Below, piece after piece: positions 1-8,850 of a stretch of 64,000 bases of DNA. The position numbers and the translations under genes are program-made. Position 1 is the first letter of the stretch. Every line of letters begins with the position of its first letter. Source of the stretch: an uncultured virus (IMG/VR IMGVR_UViG_3300005680_000003) (lineage: Duplodnaviria; Heunggongvirae; Uroviricota; Caudoviricetes). Below the pieces are notes generated by a model. The model saw nothing but the letters and a program-made list of their open reading frames with translations. It made no database searches and was not told where the DNA came from. The stretch lies in the IMG/VR virus record IMGVR_UViG_3300005680_000003, positions 1 to 64,000 of that record; one strand, 5' to 3'.

Positions 1-325
1 GGCACTCCGTCGCCAGGATCAACTGCGCCGGTCGCCCACACCCGTAGCAGTTGATCATGCCCTGCTCGAGCGCATCGAGGTGCCCGCCGCAGACCAGGGT
101 CGCCACCTGGTCGGTGCATGCGCACGACGACAACGTCGACCAGCGGGCCTGGCGACCGCACTGGGGGGTGACGGCGCCGGCCGTGGCGCGGGCCAGGGCC
201 AGCAGGGCCTGCACCGGTAGCTCGCCGCAGAACCTGGGCGGGGTGACACGCATCTCGCACCGCGGCGGGACCTCCGGGGCCGCCGCGACGTCCTCGACCT
301 GCGCAGGCTCTGTGATCGTGGTCAA
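1..325 (-). CDS. Cys-rich hypothetical protein, truncated by window edge
   Basis: TTG start at 325 overlaps the orn stop; frame open to position 1 (...CACTDQ...CGGH...CYGCG...). Confidence 0.5.
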   Translation of the reverse strand, partial: MTTITEPAQVEDVAAAPEVPPRCEMRVTPPRFCGELPVQALLALARATAGAVTPQCGRQARWSTLSSCACTDQVATLVCGGHLDALEQGMINCYGCGRPAQLILATEC

Positions 326-960
326 TCGTGGCCCCCCCCAACAGTTCCGATCAGTCCGAGACTGACCAGGTAGTGGCGTAGCTCGCTGATCGAGTCGTGG
401 ATGTCATGTGCGGCGCGGTGTGCACGGACCGGTTCCGGGCACGACGCGATGATCTCCCGGCCCCGAGCGGTCCGCTTGAGGGCCTCCTTCCACGACGACA
501 CATCGACCCGCCGGTAGACGCCGGCCGCGTCCCGGGTGTCCATGAACGACCGGAACCAGTGCCGCAACCACTGGTCGTCGAAGTGAACCGATGATCCGGC
601 GAGCGGGGCAGTGTCTGCGCCGTGCTCCCGGGTCAGGTCGCTGATCTCCGAGGCGATCTGCTGCACGGCCGGGTGCAGCGCCGGTGAAGTGATCGCGACC
701 AGCTTGGACAGGCCGTCCTCCCCCGCGGAGCACTCCGCCCACAGCCCAGACTCCTCGTGCATCGCCCGGACGACGGGGTCGCACCGCTCCATCACGACGG
801 CGAGGGTCGCGTCCCGATACGGCACCGTCCACGTCGCCTCGGTGATGAGGGTCAGGTCAGGGCCGGTGACGACGAGGCCCACCTCGAGGAGCAGGTCATG
901 CCCGGCCCGGAGCCCGCTCGTCTCGACGTCGACCCACAGTAGGCTGTCCTGATCGCTCAT
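322..960 (-). CDS. orn: Oligoribonuclease-like DEDDh 3'-5' exonuclease
   Basis: WVDVETSGL, LLEVGLVVT, MHEESGL, LAGSSVHFD, YRRVDVSS and HRAAHDIHDSISEL match Orn motifs; ATG at 960 overlaps the upstream stop. Confidence 0.85.
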   Translation of the reverse strand: MSDQDSLLWVDVETSGLRAGHDLLLEVGLVVTGPDLTLITEATWTVPYRDATLAVVMERCDPVVRAMHEESGLWAECSAGEDGLSKLVAITSPALHPAVQQIASEISDLTREHGADTAPLAGSSVHFDDQWLRHWFRSFMDTRDAAGVYRRVDVSSWKEALKRTARGREIIASCPEPVRAHRAAHDIHDSISELRHYLVSLGLIGTVGGGHD

Positions 961-1088
961 CTGGCCGTCACCAGGTTTCCTTCCTCGACTGCCACCACGT
1001 AGTCGTCCTGTTTGATCTTGACTTGTGTGCCGGCGTGGGGGCCGGTGATCGTCCATTGGTCCAGGACGGCCCGGATTCCGTCGGTCAT
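957..1088 (-). CDS. Small hypothetical protein
   Basis: MTDGIRAVL...; 4-nt overlaps with both neighbours. Confidence 0.5.
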   Translation of the reverse strand: MTDGIRAVLDQWTITGPHAGTQVKIKQDDYVVAVEEGNLVTAR

Positions 1089-1354
1089 GGTGTGCCGTCC
1101 CCGGTGCCCTCTTCCCCAGGGGCGACCGCCGGGGGTCGGTGGGTGACACAGGCGGCGGCGGTGCACCACTCGCAGTCCCCCCGGTCAGGCAAGACCGCGG
1201 CGAGCAGTCCCCACAGCCGGTGGTTGACGGCACGCTCCTCGACGACCGGCACCGGGTAGCCGGTCCGGTTGTCGTGCGTTGGCGCCCACACCGTGGGTTC
1301 TCCGGTGGCGCCTTCAGCGATCCACCAGTCGTCGGGGATCTCGACCGCGGTCAC
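1085..1354 (-). CDS. Hypothetical protein
   Basis: GTG start after a GAGG-like RBS; coupled overlaps; C-terminal CxxC..C. Confidence 0.55.
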   Translation of the reverse strand: MTAVEIPDDWWIAEGATGEPTVWAPTHDNRTGYPVPVVEERAVNHRLWGLLAAVLPDRGDCEWCTAAACVTHRPPAVAPGEEGTGDGTP

Positions 1355-1397
1355 GACGCCTCCTCGGGTGCGACCGCCGGGGGTCGGTGGGTGGAGG

Positions 1398-1889
1398 TCA
1401 TGACGCGACCTCGTTCGGCATGCGGCATGTGTGCGGGCCGCAGCCGGTGATCTCCCGGTCCTCGTCGGCCCAGGCCGCCTCGATGTCAGCGGCGGCGAGC
1501 TCGTCGAGCAGGTCGACCTGCCGTTCCCGCCACTCGGTCCAGGGCCGCTTGTCGATCGGCGCACAGTCGAGCGGCACGCGGGACCGGTGCAGGTAGCTAC
1601 TGGCGCTGGCCCGGTCACTGCCGCCGCGAATGGCAGCGTCGAACGCGACGGCGTCGGCCCACTCGTCGGGCCGTTCGTCGCGCATCTGCCGCCACTGCCG
1701 GTTGCCGTGGTACGGGCATCCGATGCATGCCGACTTCACGGCGTCGAGCCCGGCCGCTCGGTTGATCGCTTCGCAGTCTGAGCGGGACAGCCCAGCCTCG
1801 GCGCCGCCGAGGGCAGCGAACCCGCGGCCGAGGCGGACCCGCGTGCCGATGTGGGCCGGGACCTTGTAGTAGTCGCGGGTCTCAGCCAT
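1398..1889 (-). CDS. Chimeric/truncated protein containing only the C-terminal part of a phage PAPS-reductase-like protein
   Basis: GLSRSDC...KSACIGCPYH...W...RPDEWADAVAFDAAIR is typical of the C-terminus of phage PAPS-reductase-like proteins; no N-terminal PP-loop. Confidence 0.55.
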   Translation of the reverse strand: MAETRDYYKVPAHIGTRVRLGRGFAALGGAEAGLSRSDCEAINRAAGLDAVKSACIGCPYHGNRQWRQMRDERPDEWADAVAFDAAIRGGSDRASASSYLHRSRVPLDCAPIDKRPWTEWRERQVDLLDELAAADIEAAWADEDREITGCGPHTCRMPNEVAS

Positions 1890-2431
1890 CACGCCACCGC
1901 CCCCGTCTCCACCGTCATGAACGGGGCGCGCACCGAGTCGGTCAAGTGCGCAGCCGCCAGCAGCGCCACGTCAACGCGTTCCGCGGCCGGCCTGTCAGGT
2001 GTGGCGTACAGGGCCCCGAGCGCAGCCAGGTAACCGGAGCCGACGGCGGCGTACCCACACGACGACACGCCGATCTGGTAGTCGCTGTCGATCGTGTAGA
2101 GGCGCCCACCGACCCCGACCAGAAACTTCCCCCCCACTTCGCGCCCAGAGTCGTCCTTCGCCCACCCGCCGTCCTTCAAGCATGTTCGGACCGCGTCGAC
2201 GAACGTGGTCGACATGAACCGGTCGACGTCCCACGTGTCGGGGGCTCCGACCTTGAGCTGGTAGCGCAGCAGTTGCCCCATCCGGAACGACGTCGTGAAC
2301 CCCATCGCGTACGGGCCGACGGTGAACACCTTGGAGTCGGCCCGGATCTCGATGTGCCAGCCATCCGACCCGGCCGAGTCGCCGCCGATGACGACGCGTC
2401 CGTTGTCGACGACCCCGACGATGCACGTCAT
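1889..2431 (-). CDS. HslV/proteasome-beta-like Ntn hydrolase
   Basis: Begins MTCIVG (Thr1 after Met removal); GGDS, SKVF and AVGSG..ALGAL motifs. Confidence 0.7.
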   Translation of the reverse strand: MTCIVGVVDNGRVVIGGDSAGSDGWHIEIRADSKVFTVGPYAMGFTTSFRMGQLLRYQLKVGAPDTWDVDRFMSTTFVDAVRTCLKDGGWAKDDSGREVGGKFLVGVGGRLYTIDSDYQIGVSSCGYAAVGSGYLAALGALYATPDRPAAERVDVALLAAAHLTDSVRAPFMTVETGAVA

Positions 2432-2551
2432 CACGCCACCGCCCGCAGTNNGGCGACCAGCAGGGCGATGCCGCTGGCGAGAGCAGCCCGCCCGAGCAGG
2501 GCCGTGAGGGCGGAGGCGGTCATTCGGTCCGGATTCTGTCGGTCATGGTCG

Positions 2552-2692
2552 TCACGACGCCTCCTTGGGTGCGACCGCGGACGCGACGATCCGCTCGACG
2601 TGCGGAAGCCGGACGGGGATGACCTGGCCACGGCACGACACCCACGGGGCGGCCCCACACAGGGGGCAGGCGACCTCCAGCGGGGACGTCAC
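2552..2692 (-). CDS. Small zinc-finger-like protein
   Basis: VACPLCGAAPWVSC...PHVER; coupled start and stop. Confidence 0.55.
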   Translation of the reverse strand: MTSPLEVACPLCGAAPWVSCRGQVIPVRLPHVERIVASAVAPKEAS

Positions 2693-3027
2693 GACGCGTC
2701 CTCGTCGCCGCGACAGCGCTGGCAGGCGGCGACATGTGCAGCCCATCCAGCCGCGTCGCTGTAGTGGCGGCAGTCGTCGTGCTCGCTCCACAGGTGCCGT
2801 CGGTTACCCGGCATGTACCTGTTGTTCTCGCAGCACTGCGGCATGTTGTACTCCATCGGCACGGACCGGCCACGCGGAGGCAGTTCGTTCCCGCAGGACG
2901 GGCACGGGACCGGGGCCCAGCATTCGTCGGTGCAGGCCATCACGCCACCGCCCGCGGCGACCAGCAGGGCGATGCCGCCGGCGAGAGCAGCCCACCCGAG
3001 CAGGGCCGTGAGGGCGGAGGCGGTCAT
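2689..3027 (-). CDS. Cys-rich hypothetical protein (possible alternative start ATG at 2940)
   Basis: CPSCG, QCC, HLW..HDDCRH, CQRC. Confidence 0.55.
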   Translation of the reverse strand: MTASALTALLGWAALAGGIALLVAAGGGVMACTDECWAPVPCPSCGNELPPRGRSVPMEYNMPQCCENNRYMPGNRRHLWSEHDDCRHYSDAAGWAAHVAACQRCRGDEDAS

Positions 3028-3061
3028 GACTGGCCACCGGCCTCAGCGTCGGTGTCGACGC

Positions 3062-4129
3062 TCACGACGGGGCCCCGTCCTCGTCGATGCGGGCCAGGAG
3101 CGCGGGCAGTGCTTCCTCCTGGACCAGCACCTCGCGTGCTCTCGTGCCGTCCTGGGGGCCGATCACTCCGAGATCCTCGAGGAGATTCATGAGTCGGCCG
3201 GCCTTGGCGAAGCCGACCCGCAGCTTGCGTTGCAGCATCGAAGCTGACCCGAACTGCGTGGTGACGACGAGCTCCGCTGCCTCGTGGAGTAGGTCACGGT
3301 CGGTGTCGGTCAGGGTGGACTCAGAACCGTCCTCATTCCCCTCCTCACCCTCGTCCTCGGTGTGGTCGACGGGCATCGGGACCGGCGTCGACAACGGCTC
3401 CGGGAGCCTGGCCGACCACGCGAGGCGCGCAGCAGATGCCAGCGCTTGTGAGCTGTCATCCGGCTTGATCGGCATGAGGAGCCCGACGAAGGACTCGCCC
3501 ACCTCTGCGAGCAGCGCCGTGCGGGCCTCACTGGTCGGTGACCAGGACAGCGGCGCACCGTAGGTGCGGGCGGCTTTCACCATGCGTTGTACCAGGACCG
3601 GGCGCATCACCGTCGGTTCGGCGACCGTGCCAGTGATCAGGTCCGCGTTCCCGATCGAGGCGGCCATGAGGCGTCGCACGTCGGGGAAGTTGTCGGCCGG
3701 TGGCAGCAGCGGCAGCTTCAGTTCCATGTCGGCGTCGGGGAACAGACCCGACTCGTCGGTGATGGTCATCTGCAGACCGGAAGCGACCTGCACCGTGCGG
3801 ATGCGCATCAGGTCGTCGCCGTGGTCCTTCTCCGGTCGGAACACGGCGAGCACCTTCTCGATGTCGTGTGGGCCAAGGTCGACCGGTGTCTGCTCGTCGT
3901 CCCCTGCGTAGTCGTTGGACCAGATGGACACGACGGCCAGGCCTGCGCTGTACCGGTCGGTCGCCATCACGTAGACGTTCTGCGTGGTGGGGTCGATGAG
4001 GAGCCTGACGCGGTGCAGGACGGCGGGCGCCTCAGGGTCCTGGGACCGGTGCTCCTGAACGGCGGTCAGTGCGTTGCGCAGGTCCGCGGTCTGGACGGTG
4101 AAGCTGGTCCGGTGGTGGTATCCGGTCAT
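3062..4129 (-). CDS. Beta-clamp-like domain fused to a C-terminal FtsK gamma domain
   Basis: N-terminal LHRVRL...[12 protein letters not shown] and NFPDVRRL resemble DnaN; C-terminal [42 protein letters not shown]...AREVL is the FtsK-gamma winged helix. Confidence 0.8.
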   Translation of the reverse strand: MTGYHHRTSFTVQTADLRNALTAVQEHRSQDPEAPAVLHRVRLLIDPTTQNVYVMATDRYSAGLAVVSIWSNDYAGDDEQTPVDLGPHDIEKVLAVFRPEKDHGDDLMRIRTVQVASGLQMTITDESGLFPDADMELKLPLLPPADNFPDVRRLMAASIGNADLITGTVAEPTVMRPVLVQRMVKAARTYGAPLSWSPTSEARTALLAEVGESFVGLLMPIKPDDSSQALASAARLAWSARLPEPLSTPVPMPVDHTEDEGEEGNEDGSESTLTDTDRDLLHEAAELVVTTQFGSASMLQRKLRVGFAKAGRLMNLLEDLGVIGPQDGTRAREVLVQEEALPALLARIDEDGAPS

Positions 4130-4635
4130 GGGGTGGCCTTCCGGGCGTAAGGCGGCTGGTTGATCTCGGTCGAGGTGAGGGGCCGCACACAGGCCAGTGC
4201 GACCAGGTAGCGGCGGTCCGGTGCCGCGGTTGGTGGCATGTCCTCAGGCCACGGGTTGGGGACGACCACCGGCGAAAGGGACGCGTCGGGGTCAGGTTCC
4301 AGCCGCTGGTGGTCGATGCGGACCTCGCGGGGGAGATACCCGGGCGGGCAGACGGTGTCCTGGCGTCTTCCTGCGTTCGCCGGTGGGATGGCCGCGGCCG
4401 CCAGCCACGTCAGGCAGATGATGGCGGCGGTGATCCGCCACCCGTACCACCAGGCCGCGGCGCGGAACGACAGGCCTGGGGTGCTGGACTCCCAGTCGTG
4501 CCGGACGGTGACGCCGTCCTCGGTGATGGTGGACCTCACTGCGCCGCACCGACAGGAGTGGGTGACGGCCATGAACGTGGCGTTGTGGGTCAGGGTGCTG
4601 TGCTGCGTCCAGTGGACGTGCGGCAACACGTTCAT
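4126..4635 (-). CDS. Hypothetical membrane protein
   Basis: ATG at 4635; one hydrophobic segment ([16 protein letters not shown]). Confidence 0.55.
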   Translation of the reverse strand: MNVLPHVHWTQHSTLTHNATFMAVTHSCRCGAVRSTITEDGVTVRHDWESSTPGLSFRAAAWWYGWRITAAIICLTWLAAAAIPPANAGRRQDTVCPPGYLPREVRIDHQRLEPDPDASLSPVVVPNPWPEDMPPTAAPDRRYLVALACVRPLTSTEINQPPYARKATP

Positions 4636-5009
4636 CAGCAGGTCACCCTGGCCATGTCGTAGGTGTCTGGCCCTGCAGCGACCACCCGGTAGACGGCCCG
4701 GGAGAGGATCTCGCCGCGGCGGCCGATGACGAGCGCATCGCCGGGCCGGATGCTCTTCACGGGGTGGGTGATGCACAGGTTGTCGGCTGCGTGGCAGTCC
4801 GGCCGGCGGTCACCGACGGGGCACAGGACGGTGACCAGGTTGATGCTGGCCCACGTCTCGACCGTGATCCGGGGGGTTGTGGCGCGGTCTGGGGCCTGTG
4901 CGACGTACCCGTACTGGTCGAGACGGATCCTGTCCGGTGGCGAGGGTGGTGCTGGGGAAACTGCAGGTCGCATGGCGAGGCCCTCCGCCTTCCCAGTGGT
5001 ATCAATCAC
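4635..5009 (-). CDS. Hypothetical protein
   Basis: First ORF downstream of the intergenic promoter/operator near 5017-5058. Confidence 0.5.
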   Translation of the reverse strand: MIDTTGKAEGLAMRPAVSPAPPSPPDRIRLDQYGYVAQAPDRATTPRITVETWASINLVTVLCPVGDRRPDCHAADNLCITHPVKSIRPGDALVIGRRGEILSRAVYRVVAAGPDTYDMARVTC

Positions 5010-5041
5010 GAGGACGACTGTACCGTCTGAATGGTCACGTC

Positions 5042-5058
5042 ATCTAGTTTGCTTAGAC
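5042..5058. promoter_or_regulatory. 17-bp palindromic operator-like site
   Basis: ATCTAG-TTTGC-TTAGAC in an intergenic gap; minus-strand -10-like TACAGT at 5017-5022. Confidence 0.6.
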
Positions 5059-5065
5059 ATCTCGG

Positions 5066-5494
5066 TCATGCCGACCATGCTGGCAGTCGGGGTGTTCCCT
5101 CCGATGTGACCCAGACGGGCAGGCCGTCGTCGCCGAGGAGGTACCAGCCGCAGGGGATCACGCCTGCGCCGAGCCACACAGGGATCTCGCCGGGGACTGG
5201 GTCGCGGTGAACGATCCGCCAGCCGCCGGCATCAGCTAGGACCGGTTCGTGTTCGGCCCAGGAGTGACAGCGCCGGCAGAGGTGCATCCCGTTGGAGGGT
5301 GCCCAGGGGCCGCCATGCTTTCGGGCTCGACGGTGCGACCAGTCGAGGTGCCCGGCCTTTCCGCAGAGTTCGCAGCGGCCCCCGGCCCGGTCGGCGACGA
5401 GACGCCGGGCGAGGGCCTCGTCGTTGAGCCCGGGGGTGAGGTGGACCCATGCGCGAGCGGCGGTGAGGTCGCGGGGTCCCAGAGACGGCCTCAC
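5066..5494 (-). CDS. HNH endonuclease
   Basis: CELCG...SHRRARKHGG...SNGMHLCRRCH. Confidence 0.8.
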   Translation of the reverse strand: MRPSLGPRDLTAARAWVHLTPGLNDEALARRLVADRAGGRCELCGKAGHLDWSHRRARKHGGPWAPSNGMHLCRRCHSWAEHEPVLADAGGWRIVHRDPVPGEIPVWLGAGVIPCGWYLLGDDGLPVWVTSEGTPRLPAWSA

Positions 5495-6024
5495 GTCGGA
5501 CTGCCTGGGTCCTGTGGTGCCCGTCCCTGCGGCCAGGGCTGCAGCTGGGCGTCGCCGGGTAGGTAGAGCGGGTGCCGGGGCTGCCCCGCCCAGGTGACCC
5601 CGAGGCAGACCAGTGCGTCGAACCCGGGCAGGGCGAGCACCCGGTCAACGCGGTCCTGCCCGGCACGAGCCCCCCAGGCAGCAACCAGCGGGGAGCGGTC
5701 CCGGGCAGCTGCCCGCGCCACGAGGACCAGGACGGCGTCGTTCAACGGGCCGACCGGGTCCTCCGCGGCGAGCATGTCGGCGGGCTGGGTGGCGCGGTAG
5801 GCGTAGAGGTTCACGACGGTGATACCGGCGAGGTCCATGCGGCGGGCGAACCCGATGCACCGGCGGATCGTCGGGTCATCGGTCGCGGCGTCAGCCGTTG
5901 ACGGGTTCAACATCACGAACGTGAGGCGGGGGCCTGGGGCCCAGGACCGGGTGAGGGTCCACCGGTACCGACCACACGCGGACACCTCGGCTGTCCGGGC
6001 CACTCCCTCAGTGGTCGCGGGCAT
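5491..6024 (-). CDS. DUF1643 family protein
   Basis: S.CGRYRW.L.R.W, FVMLNPSTADA..DDPTIRRC, NLYAYRAT.P, AAWG, PRHPLY. Confidence 0.9.
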   Translation of the reverse strand: MPATTEGVARTAEVSACGRYRWTLTRSWAPGPRLTFVMLNPSTADAATDDPTIRRCIGFARRMDLAGITVVNLYAYRATQPADMLAAEDPVGPLNDAVLVLVARAAARDRSPLVAAWGARAGQDRVDRVLALPGFDALVCLGVTWAGQPRHPLYLPGDAQLQPWPQGRAPQDPGSPT

Positions 6025-6901
6025 CGCTGCCTCCTGCCGTGACGGCGGTCATCATCCGGTCAACCTCGTCGGAGCGGTTCCGGACGGTTCCCGCCATCCG
6101 CTCGATCTGCAGGGCTGCGGCCCGTAGCGCATCTGCGGCCTCAGTCGGGGCACGGTCACGGGCCAACGCTGCCCGGACCTGCGCTGCGGCACGGTCGCGC
6201 TGCTCGGGTGTCGACCAGAACACACCCGAGGCCATGCGGAACGCCTGCAGGTCCTGCTGCGCCCGCGCCGCGTTCTCCCGGTGCGACACGATCAGCGCCT
6301 CGTTCCGCTCCCGCTCCCGGGTCAGGGCCTCAGCGACGCGCTGCGCAACGTACCTCTCCGACGGCGGCTCGGGGTCGGGGACGGCGCCGGCCGCGCGGAG
6401 CATCGCGACGAGCAGTCCCCGCGGGATCGGGGCCTTGACGTGCTCAGGGTCGTGCAGCAGCGGCGCGGCCCGGGCGACCCGCAGCTTGGAGCCGTCGGGG
6501 CCGGTGATGACCTCCAGCAGGCCCCACGTCGCCGGCAGTTCCTCGCGCTTCACCACCCCTTTCGGTGCGCACACACTGAACCGGTCCGCGATCGATGCGG
6601 CGTCGTCTGCCTTCTTCGGGTCCCGTAGCTCGCGCAGCCAGTCCGAGCGGGACACCTTCACCTCGATGACGTGCAGCTCGTGACCGCGGGACGGCCACAG
6701 GCCGACGACGACCGCGTCGAACGTTCGGGTGGCTGAGAACCCGGCGGCGTTGCGGACCTGCCGGAGGACGGCGAACTCCCCCGAACCGCCGTTGCCTGGC
6801 CGGGCGTAGTGCCGTTCGACCAGGTCCAGGACCGTGGCCTCGGTGAGCGGCGGCGCAGCGGGTTCCTCGGGTGCGGGCATGAGGGTCTGCTGTCCGCTCA
6901 T
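6008..6901 (-). CDS. MmcB-like PD-(D/E)XK nuclease with coiled-coil C-terminus
   Basis: RTFDAV..GLWPSRG..LHVIEVKVSRSDWLREL..P.K; ELPATWGLL. Confidence 0.75.
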   Translation of the reverse strand: MSGQQTLMPAPEEPAAPPLTEATVLDLVERHYARPGNGGSGEFAVLRQVRNAAGFSATRTFDAVVVGLWPSRGHELHVIEVKVSRSDWLRELRDPKKADDAASIADRFSVCAPKGVVKREELPATWGLLEVITGPDGSKLRVARAAPLLHDPEHVKAPIPRGLLVAMLRAAGAVPDPEPPSERYVAQRVAEALTRERERNEALIVSHRENAARAQQDLQAFRMASGVFWSTPEQRDRAAAQVRAALARDRAPTEAADALRAAALQIERMAGTVRNRSDEVDRMMTAVTAGGSDARDH

Positions 6902-7710
6902 CGGGCACGGTCCCGGGTGACGTCGACCATGGTGGTCCACTTCTTGCGCGTGCGGTTCCACGTCTCGTCCCACACCACCTCGCCCGTGCTGCTCTTCGCG
7001 GTATACCGGACGGAGTGTTCGGGGGTCGGCGGGTACGACACGGAGACCACCTTCACGGCGACCCCGGACACCGCCAGGTGGTGCCCGCACTGCCACCGGG
7101 CTCGCGGGATGTGATGGGCCTCGGCGTGTTCCCGGTACGTCTCCGCGATCGCAAGGATCAGCGGGATGCACCTGTCGGGGGTGTCGCATTCGGTGTGTTC
7201 GTGGCAGCCGCAGTCGCAGTGCTCGGCACCGTCGTGGTCCCCGCTGATCCGGGTCCACACCCGGTCCGGGTGGGTGTTCGGGCGGCCGCACCTCGAGCAG
7301 ATCCGTGCCCTGCACACCGTCCTGGACCACAGCGACGTCGCTTGCGAGTCCAGGAGCTCGAGTCGGCAACAGTGGGTGCGCTGACCCTCACCCGACAAGG
7401 CCCGGCGGATGTAGTCCTCGGCCCCCGTCCAGTGGTTGTTGTCCAGGAGGAACTCGTTCACCTCCACGCCACCGCAGCAGGGGCACCGGAACGCGGGCAC
7501 GGTCGCACCTCGGGGGGTACCGTCTGCGCAGTCCCAGGGGGCCGTCCACGTGACCGGGGTACCGTCCGGCCAGGACTGGACGATCTGCTCCCATTCGGCG
7601 CGCAGACGGGCCCGTGTCGCTACTCGTGCAGTTCTCTCGGCCGCGGCTGCCTCGTCCGCGGCGGCCTGCGCCTCGACCTCACCGAACAGGTCCAGCTGCA
7701 GCTCGGTCAC
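6898..7710 (-). CDS. Hypothetical Cys/His-rich protein
   Basis: 270-aa ORF with coupled overlaps on both sides. Confidence 0.65.
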   Translation of the reverse strand: MTELQLDLFGEVEAQAAADEAAAAERTARVATRARLRAEWEQIVQSWPDGTPVTWTAPWDCADGTPRGATVPAFRCPCCGGVEVNEFLLDNNHWTGAEDYIRRALSGEGQRTHCCRLELLDSQATSLWSRTVCRARICSRCGRPNTHPDRVWTRISGDHDGAEHCDCGCHEHTECDTPDRCIPLILAIAETYREHAEAHHIPRARWQCGHHLAVSGVAVKVVSVSYPPTPEHSVRYTAKSSTGEVVWDETWNRTRKKWTTMVDVTRDRAR

Positions 7711-8426
7711 GATCCCCCCATTCGAGCGTCATGTCGGATCGTGTTCTCCCAGCACGCGCCGCACGCGACCGTGCCGATCCGGCCGTTGGTGGAGTGGCCG
7801 GCCAGGTCACATGCGAGGCGGGCCTTCTCGGCGAGGGGGTGCGACCCGACGAGGTGTGGCTTGCACCGTTCGGGCCGGACATTGGTAGCCCCTGTCCTGG
7901 TTGCCTTCACCTGCCGGGCCAGTTCACCGGCCTGGCCGAGAGGCAGGGTGCCCGCGCGGACCATCGCCTTGACCTGTGCGGGCAGATGCAGCAGGTCCAG
8001 GCGGGCAGCGATCCGGGACATCCTGACCCCGGTCGCCGCCGCGATCTGGCCGCGGGTCCACCCGTCGTTCAGCAGCTGCTGGTAGGCGTTGGCCTCGTCG
8101 ATGGGGTGCAGGTCGGCGCGTTGGACGTTCTCGATGAGCATCATCGCGGTCACCCGTGACTGTGCTGCCCCGTCACGGATCAGGCACGGGACGTGGGTGA
8201 GGCCGGCGCGGCGGGCAGCCGCCAACCGCCGATGCCCGGCGATCACGATGTAGTCACCGGCGACGTCCTCGACGATGAGGGGTTGCAGGATGCCGTGAGC
8301 GCGGACCGACGCGGCGAAATCGTCCAGATCGCCGGGACCTGACCGGCGAATGTTCCGCGGGTTCGGTTTCACCTGGTCGATCGGGACGGATACGCCCGCG
8401 ATGCGGCTCGCGGGTTGCACGGTCAC
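7707..8426 (-). CDS. parB: ParB/Spo0J-like protein
   Basis: PNPRNIR, SVRAHGILQPLIV, IAGHRRLAAA, ENVQRADLHPIDEA, followed by an HTH. Confidence 0.9.
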   Translation of the reverse strand: MTVQPASRIAGVSVPIDQVKPNPRNIRRSGPGDLDDFAASVRAHGILQPLIVEDVAGDYIVIAGHRRLAAARRAGLTHVPCLIRDGAAQSRVTAMMLIENVQRADLHPIDEANAYQQLLNDGWTRGQIAAATGVRMSRIAARLDLLHLPAQVKAMVRAGTLPLGQAGELARQVKATRTGATNVRPERCKPHLVGSHPLAEKARLACDLAGHSTNGRIGTVACGACWENTIRHDARMGGS

Positions 8427-8644
8427 GGCGTCCCGCCGGGCGAAGCGAGGTCCTCAACCCGGGCGTACCGGAACCGGGCGACGGTGGTGTCGGTCACCGG
8501 GTCGTACTCCGTGGAGTCCAGTACGAGCAGTTCACCGTTCAGGTTGGGGCCCATGAGCTGCCCGACGGCTGCTGAGACGTCGCCGTGGTAGTTCAGGCGG
8601 GGCCGGTGGTCCACTGGGGCGGGGGTTGAGGATGGCCCTGTCAC
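8423..8644 (-). CDS. Small hypothetical protein
   Basis: GTG start overlapping upstream TGA. Confidence 0.55.
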   Translation of the reverse strand: MTGPSSTPAPVDHRPRLNYHGDVSAAVGQLMGPNLNGELLVLDSTEYDPVTDTTVARFRYARVEDLASPGGTP

Positions 8645-8850
8645 AGGTCGAGTCCTTCCTGGTTGGCGAGTTCGTTGCCGCGGGGGTCGGCGGTGAGGTT
8701 GGCTGCAGCAAGCAGCCGCGTCCACAGGTCATCGGTGAGCCACTCCGGGGCGGGGTGGTGGACGGCGGCCATGACCAGGTCCGTGACCAGCCCGTGCAAC
8801 GCCATGACCTGGTCGCAGGCCCCGGGATGGTTGAGGTTGAAGTCGTTCAT
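8641..8850 (-). CDS. Small hypothetical protein
   Basis: Coupled ORF within the operon. Confidence 0.55.
   Translation of the reverse strand: MNDFNLNHPGACDQVMALHGLVTDLVMAAVHHPAPEWLTDDLWTRLLAAANLTADPRGNELANQEGLDL

Larger units (their letters stand above)
2429..3027. repeat. About 90-bp direct repeat (2429-2523 and 2938-3027) encoding a short hydrophobic peptide
   Basis: Near-identical copies (MTASALTALLG[R/W]AALA[S/G]GIALLVA); copy 1 has 5 extra nt including two Ns. Confidence 0.9.
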
